64,000 nucleotides of DNA from Polyangia bacterium. Its GTDB lineage: Bacteria > Myxococcota_A > Polyangia > Palsa-1104 > JAEUJZ01. Under the pieces are notes generated by a model. The model saw only the letters and a program-made list of their open reading frames with translations, was not told where the DNA came from and did not search any database. Location: contig JAXLYE010000004.1 of the NCBI GenBank assembly GCA_046351595.1, positions 904,255 to 968,254 of the forward strand, written 5' to 3'. The position numbers and the translations under genes were made by a program. This document shows, one piece after another, positions 42,034 to 55,807 of the stretch (positions are counted from its first letter, which is position 1; each line of letters starts with the position of its first letter).

Positions 42034-42828
42034 TCACGTCGGGACCGCGGGCAGCCCGGGCGCGGACGGCGGCGGCACCGATCCGCCGGGCCGGGCGTAG
42101 GCGCGCATCGCGCGCACCAGGTCGCGCGTCCGCAGCGCCGCCTCCTCGATCGCGACCAGCGCCTGGCGCAGGATCGCCACCCGCGCGCGCGCCCGGTCCG
42201 TATCGGGCGGCGTGGGCGGCGCGGTCCGGCCGGGCTGCGGCTGCACGATCTCGCGCAGCGCCGCGACCTCCCCGGCGAGCGGCGCCACCAGCCGGCTCAG
42301 CGCCTCGACCGGCGTGACGATGTCGGCGGTGACCTGGGCCGCGACGCGGCCGACCGCGGCGAGCTTCTCGGCGCGCAAAAGCTCGTCGCGCGCCGCCTGC
42401 AGCCGCGACAGGGTCTCGGCCAGCTCGGTGTTGCGGCGCGACAGCTCGGCGCTGCGCCGCGCCACCTCGGACTCCAGCTGCAGGTTCAGCTCCGTGGTCG
42501 AGCGCAGCTTGCTGACGAGCGCGCGCCGCGTCTGCTCCAGATCGAGCGCCAGCGGCACCAGCTCGCCGACGAGCGAGCCGTCGAGCCACACCGGCCGCTG
42601 CAGCTCGCCGCGGGCCAGGCGCACGACCTGCTCCTCCAGCCGCTGCAGCGGCGAGACCACGGCCCGCCGCACCAGCCACACGATCGCGCCCGCGCACACG
42701 AGCACCATCGCAGCGAGCAGCGCGAGCTCGGGCCAGCGCCAGGAGGCGAGCGGGTGGCTTGCCGTCATCGGGATGAGAGCAGTCGACCACAGCCGACGGG
42801 CGCGAGCAATCGCCATCCGGCCCGGCAA
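42034..42828 (-). CDS. membrane protein with HAMP and HisKA-like coiled-coil regions; lacks the phospho-acceptor His and any ATPase domain (pseudo-histidine kinase)
   Basis: The TM segment is followed by a HAMP-like helix. The H-box-like region LRAEKLAAVGRVAAQVTADIVTPVEAL aligns to AEKLAALGxLAAGVAHEIRNPL with His replaced by Ala. The protein ends about 75 aa later. Confidence 0.55.
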   Translation of the reverse strand: MPGRMAIARARRLWSTALIPMTASHPLASWRWPELALLAAMVLVCAGAIVWLVRRAVVSPLQRLEEQVVRLARGELQRPVWLDGSLVGELVPLALDLEQTRRALVSKLRSTTELNLQLESEVARRSAELSRRNTELAETLSRLQAARDELLRAEKLAAVGRVAAQVTADIVTPVEALSRLVAPLAGEVAALREIVQPQPGRTAPPTPPDTDRARARVAILRQALVAIEEAALRTRDLVRAMRAYARPGGSVPPPSAPGLPAVPT

Positions 42829-43061
42829 GCGCCGCTGCGTGCGCGGGGCCGGCGCGGGCTATCTCCGGTCTGCGCCCGAGGCGGGGACTCCTCGTCGGGC
42901 TCTTGCTCGGCCGCAGCCCTCGGGTCCGGCCCGATGCGCGGGCTTCACTGCTTCCCGTCGAGAAAACGGCCCGGGATGAATGCCGCAGCCGCTGTCTTCG
43001 TCGACCTGAGCGCTGAGCCCGCCCGTGTCTTCCCCGGATGATTCGGCTAAGATGGTGACCC

Positions 43062-43787
43062 ATGAGAGTCAAGCTGCTGTTCGCCCTCGTCGCTGCAACC
43101 GTTCCGTTCTCGGCCTCGGCGGCAGAGAACTGCACCGCCCGTTACACCACCGCGTTCGCGGCCCTCGAGAGCTCGGTGTCGTCCGCGGCCTCGCAGGCGG
43201 GCGCCGACGCGCAGGTCGAGAACCTCTTCGGTCCGCGCCCCGGCGCCTGCGAGGACGGTGCCTATGAGGTCTTCCTCAACGGCTTCGAGCGCTTCGCGCG
43301 CAAGGCGGTCCGCGACGCGCAGCCGCGCCGGCAGGGCAAGAACGTCCTGCCGCCCGCGGCCGGCGCCGAGAACTCGCTGCGCCTGGCCATCGCGGCCATC
43401 CGCAAGAGCCCGGTCCGCGTCTCGCCCAAGGACGGCAAGACCGCGCGCACCAGCTTCCTGCAGGTGCGCAGCAACATCAACGCCGTCGCCGACGACGCCG
43501 GCCTGACGCCGATGATGCAGCAGCTGCTCGACACCATCGCCAGCGTCGGGGTGCCGCCGGCCGCCGCCGAGGAGGCGCCGCATCCGGTCGCCAGCGGCAG
43601 CCCGGGCGCCGGCACCGGCACCGTCCAGGCGATCCGCATCCCGCTGCAGCCGATGCCGACGTGGGCGATCATCAAGCTCTACGAGATGCGCGACAACCTC
43701 AAGTCGCAGGACACGGCCGCGGTCCAGATCAAGCTGCAGGACATCATCAACTGGATCGAGAGCACGACCCAGAACCAGCAGCAGTAG
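43062..43787 (+). CDS. secreted hypothetical protein
   Basis: Signal peptide MRVKLLFALVAATVPFSASAAE. 241 aa. No recognisable domain. Confidence 0.55.
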   Translation: MRVKLLFALVAATVPFSASAAENCTARYTTAFAALESSVSSAASQAGADAQVENLFGPRPGACEDGAYEVFLNGFERFARKAVRDAQPRRQGKNVLPPAAGAENSLRLAIAAIRKSPVRVSPKDGKTARTSFLQVRSNINAVADDAGLTPMMQQLLDTIASVGVPPAAAEEAPHPVASGSPGAGTGTVQAIRIPLQPMPTWAIIKLYEMRDNLKSQDTAAVQIKLQDIINWIESTTQNQQQ

Positions 43788-43894
43788 CGAAGCCGCCGTC
43801 GTCGCCCCAGCTCCCGGGGGCGCTGTAGTAACCGCCGCTATAGTAACGGCTACCCTAGTGGCGGGTCCCGTCGGCCCGGCCGCCGCTCCGCCTC

Positions 43895-44853
43895 TCAGGG
43901 CTTGCGCAGCGGCTTCTCGGGCAGCTCCGACTTCAGGACCGTGAAGGCGATGTCGACCGGCCAGACCTCGGAGCCGATGCCGGGCGGCAGGTTCACGACC
44001 TGCACGCGCTTGCGGTAGGTGGTGCCCGCGGGCTTGCGCTCCTCGGCCGCGGTGTCGAGCACGAGCTGCGGCGCCTCCTGGATGCGGTCGAGGCCCTGGC
44101 CGCGCAGCACCACCGTCGCCATGGGCGGCTCCAGCCGGACGTTCTGCGGCTGGCCGCTGGTGCGGATGGGCACGTTGACGAAGCGCTTCTCGAACAGCTC
44201 CACCACCACTTCGGCGGTGACCTTGGGCGCCTGCTCGTCGGCGAACCACGAGTGCTTGGGCGGCGGCGCCAGATCGAGCGGCACGCTGACGGTGTCGCGG
44301 AAGTTGGCGACGTTGAGCGGCTTGGTCAGCACGTTCGACTGGTTCACCAGCACGTTCTGCGCACCGCGCAGGCGCACCGTGCGCGGCGACGCCGACGAGC
44401 TGCGGATGCGGTAGCCCTCGGGCGGCTGGCCCTCGATGGTCACCTGCACCGGCAGCGTCACCGTCACCTCGGGCTCGTAGTGCAGGTACAGCCCCGAGGG
44501 CGTGAAGCTCTCGATGCGCAGGCCGGCGGGCACGTGCACCATCTCGGGGGTGAAGCGCAGCTCGCCGTCGCTGTAGTTGGACAGGTCGATCTGGATCGGC
44601 TCGAGCGGCGTGTCCCCGACGCGGCTGATGCGCCCCCAGGGCCCGCGCACCACCAGCTTGACCTGGTCCACCTTCTGCTCGGACACCATGAGGCGGCCGC
44701 GCGGCTCGCTGTAGTTTACGCGGACGTAGAGGGTGGAGCTTGCCTCGAGCTCGGTGCGCACGACGAAGGCGAGGATCACCGCGGCCAGCAGCGAGACCAT
44801 CTTCAGCAGCAGGTCCTCGACGAAGATCTTGTACAGGAGCTCGCGCATCGCGG

Positions 44854-44857
<4 letters not shown>
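43895..44857 (-). CDS. cdaR: YbbR-domain protein, CdaR-like regulator of the diadenylate cyclase
   Basis: N-terminal TM segment, then repeated YbbR-like beta modules. Its start overlaps the cdaA stop (ATGA). Confidence 0.7.
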
Positions 44858-46172
<1,315 letters not shown>

Positions 46173-46176
<4 letters not shown>

Positions 46177-47045
46177 GGCGCCTCTCCCGCGCGCGGCGCC
46201 GGCACGGCCTGCACGGCCTGGACCAGATCGAGGGCGGCCCGCGTCGCTGCGACGTCATGGACCCGCACCACGTCGGCGCCCTGGAAGGCGGCGAGCGCCG
46301 CGGCGACCACCGACGGGATCATCCGCTCCTCGAGCGCGAGCCCGGTGGCGGCGCCGAGCAGCGACTTGCGCGACGCGCCGATGAGCACGCGCCCGCCGAG
46401 CAGCGCCTTGAGCCGCGGCACCGCGCCGAGCAGCGCCAGGCTCTGCGCAGCCGCCTTGGCGAACCCGAGACCCGGGTCAAAGATCAGCCGCGCGCGCAGC
46501 GCGGGATCGTCTGCGGTAAGGGTTTGCACGGTCGAGGCCAGCTCGTTAACAACAGTCTGGCACAGATCGGGGCCATATTCGGAGAGCTGCCGCATCGTCG
46601 CAGGAAGCCCGCGAGAGTGCATGACCACGGTGGCATCGAAGGCGCCGAGCAGGGCCCGGCACTGCGACGGCGACAGCGCGGGCATGTCAGGCACGGGCGG
46701 CGCGAACAGGTGCTGCGGGAAGGTCAGGTTGAGCACCGCGCAGCCGGCGTCCGCGGCGCGGCGCGCGGTGGCGGCGTGGCGGGTGTCGAGCGACAGCGCG
46801 GCGGCCGGCGGATCGCTGCGCAGCGCCGCCAGCACCGGCTCAAGGCGCGCCCACTCCGCCTCGGCGCCGAGCAGCTCCGCGCCCGGTCGCGTCGACTCGG
46901 CACCGAGGTCGAGGATCGCCGCTCCCTGCGCGACCAGCTCGTGCGCCCGCGCCGCCGCCCGTGCCGGGTCGGTGTACTGCCCGCCGTCGGAGAACGAGTC
47001 CGGCGTGACGTTCAGGATGGCCATCAGCGCGCAGCGCCCGGGCAT
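46173..47045 (-). CDS. folP: dihydropteroate synthase
   Basis: MAILNVTPDSFSDGG and DLGAESTRPG motifs are present. ORF 46173..47144 trimmed to the Met just upstream of the conserved N-terminus. The stop overlaps the cdaA start. Confidence 0.82.
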
Positions 47046-47401
47046 AAGGTGCAGCTCGCCGCCGTCGAGGCGGCGCAGGCGCAGCGGGCGCGCGCTCGGG
47101 CTGCGGTCGGGGCCGGACCTGTGGGTCACGTCGCGGTCGTGCATGGTTTCGGTTCGCGGCCCCGGCGGAGGCAGCGGCGGGCAGGGTCCGGCTCGGGCCT
47201 GGCGGCGATGGCGCTACGATAATGGAAGATTCCGGCGGAGACAGCCCCCAGCGCGCGAGCCGGAGTCTGCTCATCCGCCGCAGCCTGGGCGGCGAGTGAA
47301 GCTCGGCTTTGTTGTAGGAGGTCGCGGAACAGCGGCAGGCGGTCAGGCGGGCAGGCGGGGCGAGGTCGAGGACCTCGCGTGGACGTCGTTGTCGGCGGCG
47401 G

Positions 47402-49324
<1,923 letters not shown>

Positions 49325-49616
49325 GACGGACCTCGTACGCAGTGGCCGGCATTGTACCGGTGGTTTTCATCATCACCAGGGGCGCCTGGCCGGACCTCGT
49401 CGGGCGCTGGGGGGCGGCCGGGCTGTCACGGGTGTCGCCGACGTATCATCGAACCGCGACGTGATTCTCGTCGCAGACACAGCAAGCCTTGCCATTATCC
49501 CACACAGCCTCGAAGCGTCAACCGTTGCGGCCGGCCGGTGCGCACCTTGGGGATGGGCTCGTCCCGTCGGAGAGCGCGCCCGCGCCGGTCGAGCGCTGTG
49601 TTTGCAGCGGGCCCGC

Positions 49617-51101
49617 TCACGGCTGCAGCAGCTCGACCACGAGCAGCCTCCCTTCGTCCACTCCGACGGGCGCCTGCGCCGGCGGGGGGCGTGAGGTGCG
49701 CAGCAGGCCCTGCGTCCCGAGGAGCCACAGGACGCGGTCGCGGCTGGCCAGCACCCGGACGTGCGGCCGCTCGCCGCGCGGCACCTTGCGATCGATCAGG
49801 ACGTCGCTGATCTTGCGGTGACCCGCGTGCGCCGGACCCAGCCCGATGCGCTCGCCGCGGCGGGCCGGCCGCACGCACAGCGGCAGCTCCGACGGATCGA
49901 CGGCCAGCCACGGCGCGGCGCTCGACAGCTCGTCGCGGCGGCGCCAGCCGAGGCGGACGCGCAGGCCGCCTGCTGGCAGCACGAGCTCACCCGGCTCAGA
50001 CAGAAAGAGCTCCTCGCTGCCGGGGTCACGCGGCCGCTCGGTCCGTCGCGCCAGCAGCAGGCGATCGTAGCGGCGCTCGGCCCGTCGCTGCGGCAGCTCA
50101 AGCGACTGGCTGCCGTGGGTGGTCCGGCACAGGCGCCACAGCGCGTCGAGGTGGGCCTGACCCAGGCCGCCGCCCGCCGCCCGCTGCACGACACGCGCGA
50201 ACAGCGCCCGCGGCAGCGCCTGCAGCTCGCGGACAGGCAGCGTCACCAGCGGCTCGCCGTCGACCTGCTTGTGTAAGGTGAGGCGGCGGAGCGCGGCGTC
50301 GGCCAGCTCGTCCAGGCACTCGGCGTCGGCGCGCAGCTGCTCCGAGAGCTCGCTGAGGTGGGCGTCCAGGCGCGGCTGCTCGCGCCGCAACAGCGGCAGC
50401 AGCTGGTGCCGCAGGCGGGAGCGCTGGTAGCGCGGGCTGGCGTTTGTCGGATCCTGGAACGGCAGCGGCCGGACGTGCTCGCGCGCGAGCGCCAGCAGGT
50501 CGTCGATGGCAGCGCGCGGCACCGCGAGCAGCGGTCGCACAAGCAGGAGCGGCGGTTCGTCGCAGCCCGGGCCCGGTCGCAGCGGCCGGCACGCCGACAT
50601 GCCGACGAGCCCGCGCAGCCCCGAGCCGCCGAGCCAGCGCATCAGCACGGTCTCGCTCTGGTCGTCGCGGTTGTGCCCGACGGCGAGGGCGTCGCAGCCG
50701 GTGCGCGCCGCCGCCTGCGCCAGCGCCTCATAACGGACCTGCCGCGCCCGCGCCGCGCGCGACGGACCGGGCGGCACCTCGACGGCGATGCGCTCGCACG
50801 GGAGCCCGAGGCGCTGCGCCACCTGGCACACGGCCGCCGCCTCGTCGGCGGACTCGGGACGGAGCTGGTGGTCGACGCAGGCGACGGTGAGCTCGAGCCG
50901 CAGCGGCTCGCGCAGCGCCCACAGCGCGAGCAGCAGCGCGGTCGAGTCCGGGCCGCCCGAGCAGGCGATGAGGACGCGCGCTTTCCCTTCCTTAATAAGA
51001 AGCGCGTTTTCCGCGAGCTCCTGCCAGCGCGCGCGCACGGCCTGCAGGACGGCAGAGCGCCGCAGCAGGGCAGGGAGCTCGGGCGGCGGGGCGTTGTGCA
51101 C
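49617..51101 (-). CDS. tilS: tRNA(Ile)-lysidine synthetase
   Basis: PP-loop SGGPDS. ORF 49617..51353 trimmed to GTG 51101 (VHNAPPPELPALL). Confidence 0.78.
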   Translation of the reverse strand: MHNAPPPELPALLRRSAVLQAVRARWQELAENALLIKEGKARVLIACSGGPDSTALLLALWALREPLRLELTVACVDHQLRPESADEAAAVCQVAQRLGLPCERIAVEVPPGPSRAARARQVRYEALAQAAARTGCDALAVGHNRDDQSETVLMRWLGGSGLRGLVGMSACRPLRPGPGCDEPPLLLVRPLLAVPRAAIDDLLALAREHVRPLPFQDPTNASPRYQRSRLRHQLLPLLRREQPRLDAHLSELSEQLRADAECLDELADAALRRLTLHKQVDGEPLVTLPVRELQALPRALFARVVQRAAGGGLGQAHLDALWRLCRTTHGSQSLELPQRRAERRYDRLLLARRTERPRDPGSEELFLSEPGELVLPAGGLRVRLGWRRRDELSSAAPWLAVDPSELPLCVRPARRGERIGLGPAHAGHRKISDVLIDRKVPRGERPHVRVLASRDRVLWLLGTQGLLRTSRPPPAQAPVGVDEGRLLVVELLQP

Positions 51102-51160
51102 GGTGTCGAACCTCGGGCGGCGCCGCGGGTCGCGGCGGTCGCGATGGTACACTGGCGGCG

Positions 51161-52462
51161 ATGAGTCGACCGTCTGCTCGCGCCGCGTGTGGCGCCCGCA
51201 CTTGGGCGGGGGGCCTGCGACCGCTGGCGTTCCTCGTGCTGCTGTCGCCCGCGGTCGCCTCGGCCGCCGAGCCCAGGCCCGCGCCGACGAGCCCGCGCCG
51301 CGGTGTCGCGACAGCGCCCGCGAAGACGCCGGTCGCTCCGCCGGCCGCAGCACCGGCCGCGCCCGTCGAGCCGCTGGCCGAGGCGAGGGCGCGTGCGCAG
51401 AAGGCCGGCCGGGCGCTGGTGCTGGAGTTTGGCGCCGAGTGGTGCGGGCCGTGCCGCGAGTTCGAGCGCCGCGTGCTGCCGCTGCCGGAGGTGAAGCAGT
51501 CGCTCGCGCAGGTGGTGTTCGTGCGCTACGACGGCGACGAGCCGACCGGTCACGCGGCGGCGAAGTCGCTGGGCGTGGTCGGCTTTCCGACGTTCGTCGC
51601 GCTGGCGCAGGACGGCAGCGAGATCGGCCGGCTGCAGGGCTACCAGGACGCGGCGTCCTTCACCCACTGGATCGGCGAGGTGGCGCCCGACTCCGAGCCG
51701 ACCGAGGCGCTGGTCGCGCGTGTGGCCGCCCAGCCCGGGGACGCGCGCGCTCTGTTGCTGCTCGGTCAGCGCCGCCTGCGGCAGGGCGACGAGGCGCAGG
51801 CGGTGCAGCTGCTCGAGCGCGCGGCCGGGACCTCGTCGGCGACGGCGCCGCCGGCGCAGGGCGAGGTCGTGGCCCGCGCCGACTGGCTGCTGCGCCTCAC
51901 GCGGCTGCGGCAGGTGCTGCGCACGGCGCCGCGACAGGCGATGGCCGAGCACCTGCTGCGCTTCCCGCTCGGATCGTCGGCGGACGAGGCGTTCAAGGCG
52001 CTGGCGCGGATCGGCCCGGCGGACGCGCTCGCACGCAAGGCGCTCGGGCGCTACATCGACGCGCACAAGGATGCCGCGCACGCCGAGCTGCTCAACCTGG
52101 CCGTGTACGAGTGCCTGCGCGCCGGTGCCCTCGACGAGGCCGAGCGGGCGGCGCGCTTCCTGCTGTCGCTCGACGGCAAGAGCCCGCTCTATCACGACAC
52201 GCTGGCCGAGGTGCTGCACCTGCGCGGGGAGCGCGAGGCCGCCCTCAAGGAGTCGGCGCTGGCGCTGGCGCTCGTGCCGAGCAGCGCGGCCGACACCGAG
52301 AGCCGGCGCATGCGCGCGGCGCTGCTCGCCAACCAGGCCCGCTTCAGCCGCGGTCAGCGCGAGCTGCCGTCGGAGCTCAAGGGCGAGCCGGACGAGCTGT
52401 TTCCGTGGGAGCGCGACGAGATCAGGAGACCGCCGCCAGCGGCGTCGCCGAGTGGAAGGTGA
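51161..52462 (+). CDS. secreted thioredoxin-like protein (TlpA-like, WCGPC active site) with a C-terminal TPR-like helical domain
   Basis: Signal peptide present. The thioredoxin active site is LEFGAEWCGPCREFE. Confidence 0.75.
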   Translation: MSRPSARAACGARTWAGGLRPLAFLVLLSPAVASAAEPRPAPTSPRRGVATAPAKTPVAPPAAAPAAPVEPLAEARARAQKAGRALVLEFGAEWCGPCREFERRVLPLPEVKQSLAQVVFVRYDGDEPTGHAAAKSLGVVGFPTFVALAQDGSEIGRLQGYQDAASFTHWIGEVAPDSEPTEALVARVAAQPGDARALLLLGQRRLRQGDEAQAVQLLERAAGTSSATAPPAQGEVVARADWLLRLTRLRQVLRTAPRQAMAEHLLRFPLGSSADEAFKALARIGPADALARKALGRYIDAHKDAAHAELLNLAVYECLRAGALDEAERAARFLLSLDGKSPLYHDTLAEVLHLRGEREAALKESALALALVPSSAADTESRRMRAALLANQARFSRGQRELPSELKGEPDELFPWERDEIRRPPPAASPSGR

Positions 52463-52703
52463 GGCGGTAGACGCTGTTCTCGGTCTCGACGTAGACCGAC
52501 TCGCTGTCCGGATCCGTCAGCACGCGCCGCACCGGCGTCGTCACCATGCGGTGCCCGGTCGGGTCGCGGAAGATCACCATGCCCCTGCCGACGATGGGGT
52601 AGCTGACGAGCAGTCCGTGGTAGACGCGGCCGAGCCCCCCGGGGGCGCCGGGAGTACGGTCGCGGCCATGTTCCCGGATCTTGCGCGCCGTTACGTTGAC
52701 CAT
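52422..52703 (-). CDS. small hypothetical protein (93 aa); tentative
   Basis: ORF with an AT-richer upstream region and GAGAAGGA 13 nt before the ATG. It overlaps the convergent thioredoxin gene by 41 bp. No recognised family. Confidence 0.3.
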   Translation of the reverse strand: MVNVTARKIREHGRDRTPGAPGGLGRVYHGLLVSYPIVGRGMVIFRDPTGHRMVTTPVRRVLTDPDSESVYVETENSVYRLTFHSATPLAAVS

Positions 52704-52853
52704 TGTCGACGGGAAGTCCTTCTCTTGAAGACTATCTTAGCGGGTCCAAAGAGCGGATCTAGAGGATCGTTCTATCTGCCGGCCTTCTGCTAGGATGGGC
52801 GCTGCAGCGGTCGCCGCGGGCCCGGTCATACACCCCGCGCTCGTCGGTGCAGC

Positions 52854-53828
52854 GTGCTGCTGCGGCACCCCATGCACGCGCCAAAGAGTCCCTCTCCGCC
52901 TCCTCCTCCGACCGCGTCCGGTTCGCCGTCGACAGCGGGCTCCTCGCCGTCAGGAACGGGTGTGCCGGGCGCCGCGCTCGCCGAGAAGGAGGATGCGCCG
53001 TGGCTGCGTCGCCTGCCTCTGTGCTCGCCGACACTGCCGCCGGCCACGCACACGAACGTCTACCTCGTCGGTGAGCGCGAGCTTTTGATCATCGATCCCG
53101 GCACGCCTTATGAAGAAGAGCTGGCGCACCTGATTGAGCAGCTCGGCGCGCTGCGGGACGCGGGCCACCGGCCGGTCGGAATCTTTCTGACCCACCACCA
53201 CTACGATCACGCCTCCGGCGCGCTCGCGCTGCAGCGGGCGCTCGGGCTGCCGGTGCTGGCGCACGCGGCCACCGCGCAGCGCGTCCGAGAGCAGCTCGGT
53301 CTGAGGATCGACCGACCGATCGAGGACGGCGAGGTGCTGGAGTTCGGGCCGCGCGGGCTGCGCGCCGTGCACACACCCGGGCACGCGCCCGGTCACCTGT
53401 GCCTGCACGATCTCGCGGGCGGCGGCGTGCTCGCGGGAGACACGGTCGCCTCGGTCGGCACGATCATCGTCGATCCGAGCGACGGCGGTGACATGCGCTT
53501 GTACCTGGACTCGCTGCGCCGCCTGCTCGAGCTGGCACCGCTGCGTGACGGACCGCTGCGGCTGTGGCCCGCGCACGGCGGCCCGGTCGAGGACGGGCCC
53601 GCGCACCTTGCGTACTACATCCGCCACCGCGAGCTGCGCGAGAGCAAGGTGCTTACGGCGCTCGCGCACGGGCCGCTGCCGCTCGATCGGCTGGTGCCGC
53701 TCGCGTATGACGACGTGCCGCCGGCCGTGCACCCGCTGGCGCGCGTCTCGCTCCTTGCGCACCTGCACAAGCTGCAGCACGAAGGGCGCGCCCACCTCGA
53801 CGACAGCGGCGCCTGGGCGATGCGCTAG
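52854..53828 (+). CDS. MBL-fold metallo-hydrolase
   Basis: HxHxDH motif (LTHHHYDHASG) plus downstream His residues (HTPGHAPGH). The true start may be internal. Confidence 0.78.
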   Translation: MLLRHPMHAPKSPSPPPPPTASGSPSTAGSSPSGTGVPGAALAEKEDAPWLRRLPLCSPTLPPATHTNVYLVGERELLIIDPGTPYEEELAHLIEQLGALRDAGHRPVGIFLTHHHYDHASGALALQRALGLPVLAHAATAQRVREQLGLRIDRPIEDGEVLEFGPRGLRAVHTPGHAPGHLCLHDLAGGGVLAGDTVASVGTIIVDPSDGGDMRLYLDSLRRLLELAPLRDGPLRLWPAHGGPVEDGPAHLAYYIRHRELRESKVLTALAHGPLPLDRLVPLAYDDVPPAVHPLARVSLLAHLHKLQHEGRAHLDDSGAWAMR

Positions 53829-53835
53829 GTGCCGC

Positions 53836-54654
53836 TCAGCCGGGTCGCCGGTGGCGCAGCGCGAGCACGCCGAGCAGCGCGAGCACACCGAGCGCCGCCG
53901 CCGCCAGCACCCAGGCCGGCGGTCGCACCGGGCGTGCGCTCGAGAGCGGCGCGGCCTGCGCGGACAGGCTCGCCACGCGCACATGGACCGAGCGATCGGA
54001 GAGCGAGGAGCGCGGCGGCCCGAAGCTCTGGAACAGCATGCGCCGGTCGGGCGGGTCGCCTGGGGCTCGCGGCGCAGACGGCGCCAGCTGCGCGGGCGGG
54101 CTCTGACCTTCATAGGTCGCCTCGACCCGGACGCCGGGCGCCTCCTCCAGCCGCAGCTCGACCTCGCCGATGGGCGCGATGTCCGCGCGGTCTTCGAAGC
54201 GCAGCTCGACCGGGCGGCGCAGGTCCAGCGGGAACGAGGCGACCAGCTCCAGCGGGAACGCCCGAGGCTCGACCGCGACGTGCTCGAGGTGGAGCTCGGC
54301 CGGCTGCCAGCGCAGCGGCACCGCGGCGCCGTCCTGCGCCAGCGTGACGCCAGCCAGCACCCGCTCGCGCAGCGACGCGGCGAGCGCCGCCTGCTCGGAC
54401 GCGTCGAGCGTGCCATCGCGGCTGCGGTCGGCCTGCTGGCGCAGCGGGCCGGCCGGCACGTCTCCGATCATCAGCGTGTAGAACAGCCGCGCCTCGCCCG
54501 GCCGCAGCAGCAGGCGCGCGTAGCGGTTCACGGTGGAGAGCGCGAACTGCGGGTGCGCGCACGCCGACCGGGCTGCACACCCGAGCAGCAGCGCGAGCAC
54601 TCCGATCCGGATCGCAGCGCCCGCACGGAAGCGGCGCGGTCTTGGGCAGGACAT
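53836..54654 (-). CDS. secreted hypothetical protein with a C-terminal TM anchor
   Basis: Signal peptide IRIGVLALLLGCAARSACA. C-terminal anchor WVLAAAALGVLALLGVLAL-RHRRPG. Confidence 0.5.
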   Translation of the reverse strand: MSCPRPRRFRAGAAIRIGVLALLLGCAARSACAHPQFALSTVNRYARLLLRPGEARLFYTLMIGDVPAGPLRQQADRSRDGTLDASEQAALAASLRERVLAGVTLAQDGAAVPLRWQPAELHLEHVAVEPRAFPLELVASFPLDLRRPVELRFEDRADIAPIGEVELRLEEAPGVRVEATYEGQSPPAQLAPSAPRAPGDPPDRRMLFQSFGPPRSSLSDRSVHVRVASLSAQAAPLSSARPVRPPAWVLAAAALGVLALLGVLALRHRRPG

Positions 54655-54943
54655 GCTCGCGGCCTACCACGCGCCGCGCGCGCTCGGCAACCGCTCGTGC
54701 GTGCGGTCCCGCCGCGCCGGCCGCTCCGCTCACCACCCGGGGCCAGCCGCGGCTCGGGCGTGCGCGCCGCTCGCTCGCGCCGCGGACGGGAAGCGGACGG
54801 CCCGCGGATCGCCGGCCTGCGGGCAGCAGACCGCCCCGGCTGCATCGCGATGCCGGATCTCCGTCGCCACGCCGCGGGACGCCGGCCGCCGCCCTGGCGC
54901 GCGGTTCGCGCCCGTAGAATAGGCGGAACGAGGAGGTTTCTCG

Positions 54944-55807
54944 ATGCGTCCGACCCCACCCTTCCTTCGCTTCATCGCCGCCGCGCTGCTTGCTGGCTGC
55001 GCGGGCGAGCCCACCATCCAGCCGATCGACAGCGGCATCAACAGCAACGCGGATCTCATCAACGCCGCGCAGGAGGTCCAGCTGCGGATCGGTCACTTCA
55101 TCGCGGGCCTGGCGCCCTTTGATGTCTGCGCGAAAGGGCAGGGCGACTCCACCTACCGCGGGCCGCTCGTGCGGCAGCAGGCGATGCGCGCGGGCGGCGT
55201 CCCCTACACCAACGTCAGCGCGTACGTGACGCTGCCGATCGGCAGCTACAGCGTGCGCGCGGTGCCGGGGAACGCCATGAACTGCGACACCTCGCTGGGC
55301 GGCTTCCCCGACTTCGCGCTGTCGCCGCTGTCGGCCGGCCGGCGCTACACGGTGGTAGCGGCCGGCCAGACCGTGAAGGTGCCGAACAAAGCTTCGCTGA
55401 CCGTGATCGAAGACGACCTGTCGACCCAGGGCGGTCAGGTGCGGCTGCGCTTCATCAACGCCTCGGCCGACATCTTGAGCGCTGACTACGGCACCGGAGC
55501 GGGCGGCACCTACAAGGCGCTGTTCACCGATGCGACGTTCGGCTCGTTCGGGCGCGCCAGCGGAGGCGGCGCGTACGTGACCACAGGACCGCAGACCAAC
55601 GCCACCTTCAGCGCGCGCGAAACCACGGCGCCGACCGATCTGGTGACCGTGACCAACAAGGTCTCGGTGCCGGTCGGCAGCGTCGCCACCACCTTCCTGA
55701 TCGGGCTGCGCGGCAACATGGTGGCGCCGCTCGAGCTGGTGCTGTGCGACGACACGAAGCCGGCGCAGGACGGGCTCGCCGCCTGCATCGAGCTGTTGCC
55801 TCCGTAA
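54944..55807 (+). CDS. hypothetical lipoprotein
   Basis: GAGGAGG RBS. Lipobox LLAGC. 287 aa, beta-rich. Confidence 0.6.
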   Translation: MRPTPPFLRFIAAALLAGCAGEPTIQPIDSGINSNADLINAAQEVQLRIGHFIAGLAPFDVCAKGQGDSTYRGPLVRQQAMRAGGVPYTNVSAYVTLPIGSYSVRAVPGNAMNCDTSLGGFPDFALSPLSAGRRYTVVAAGQTVKVPNKASLTVIEDDLSTQGGQVRLRFINASADILSADYGTGAGGTYKALFTDATFGSFGRASGGGAYVTTGPQTNATFSARETTAPTDLVTVTNKVSVPVGSVATTFLIGLRGNMVAPLELVLCDDTKPAQDGLAACIELLPP

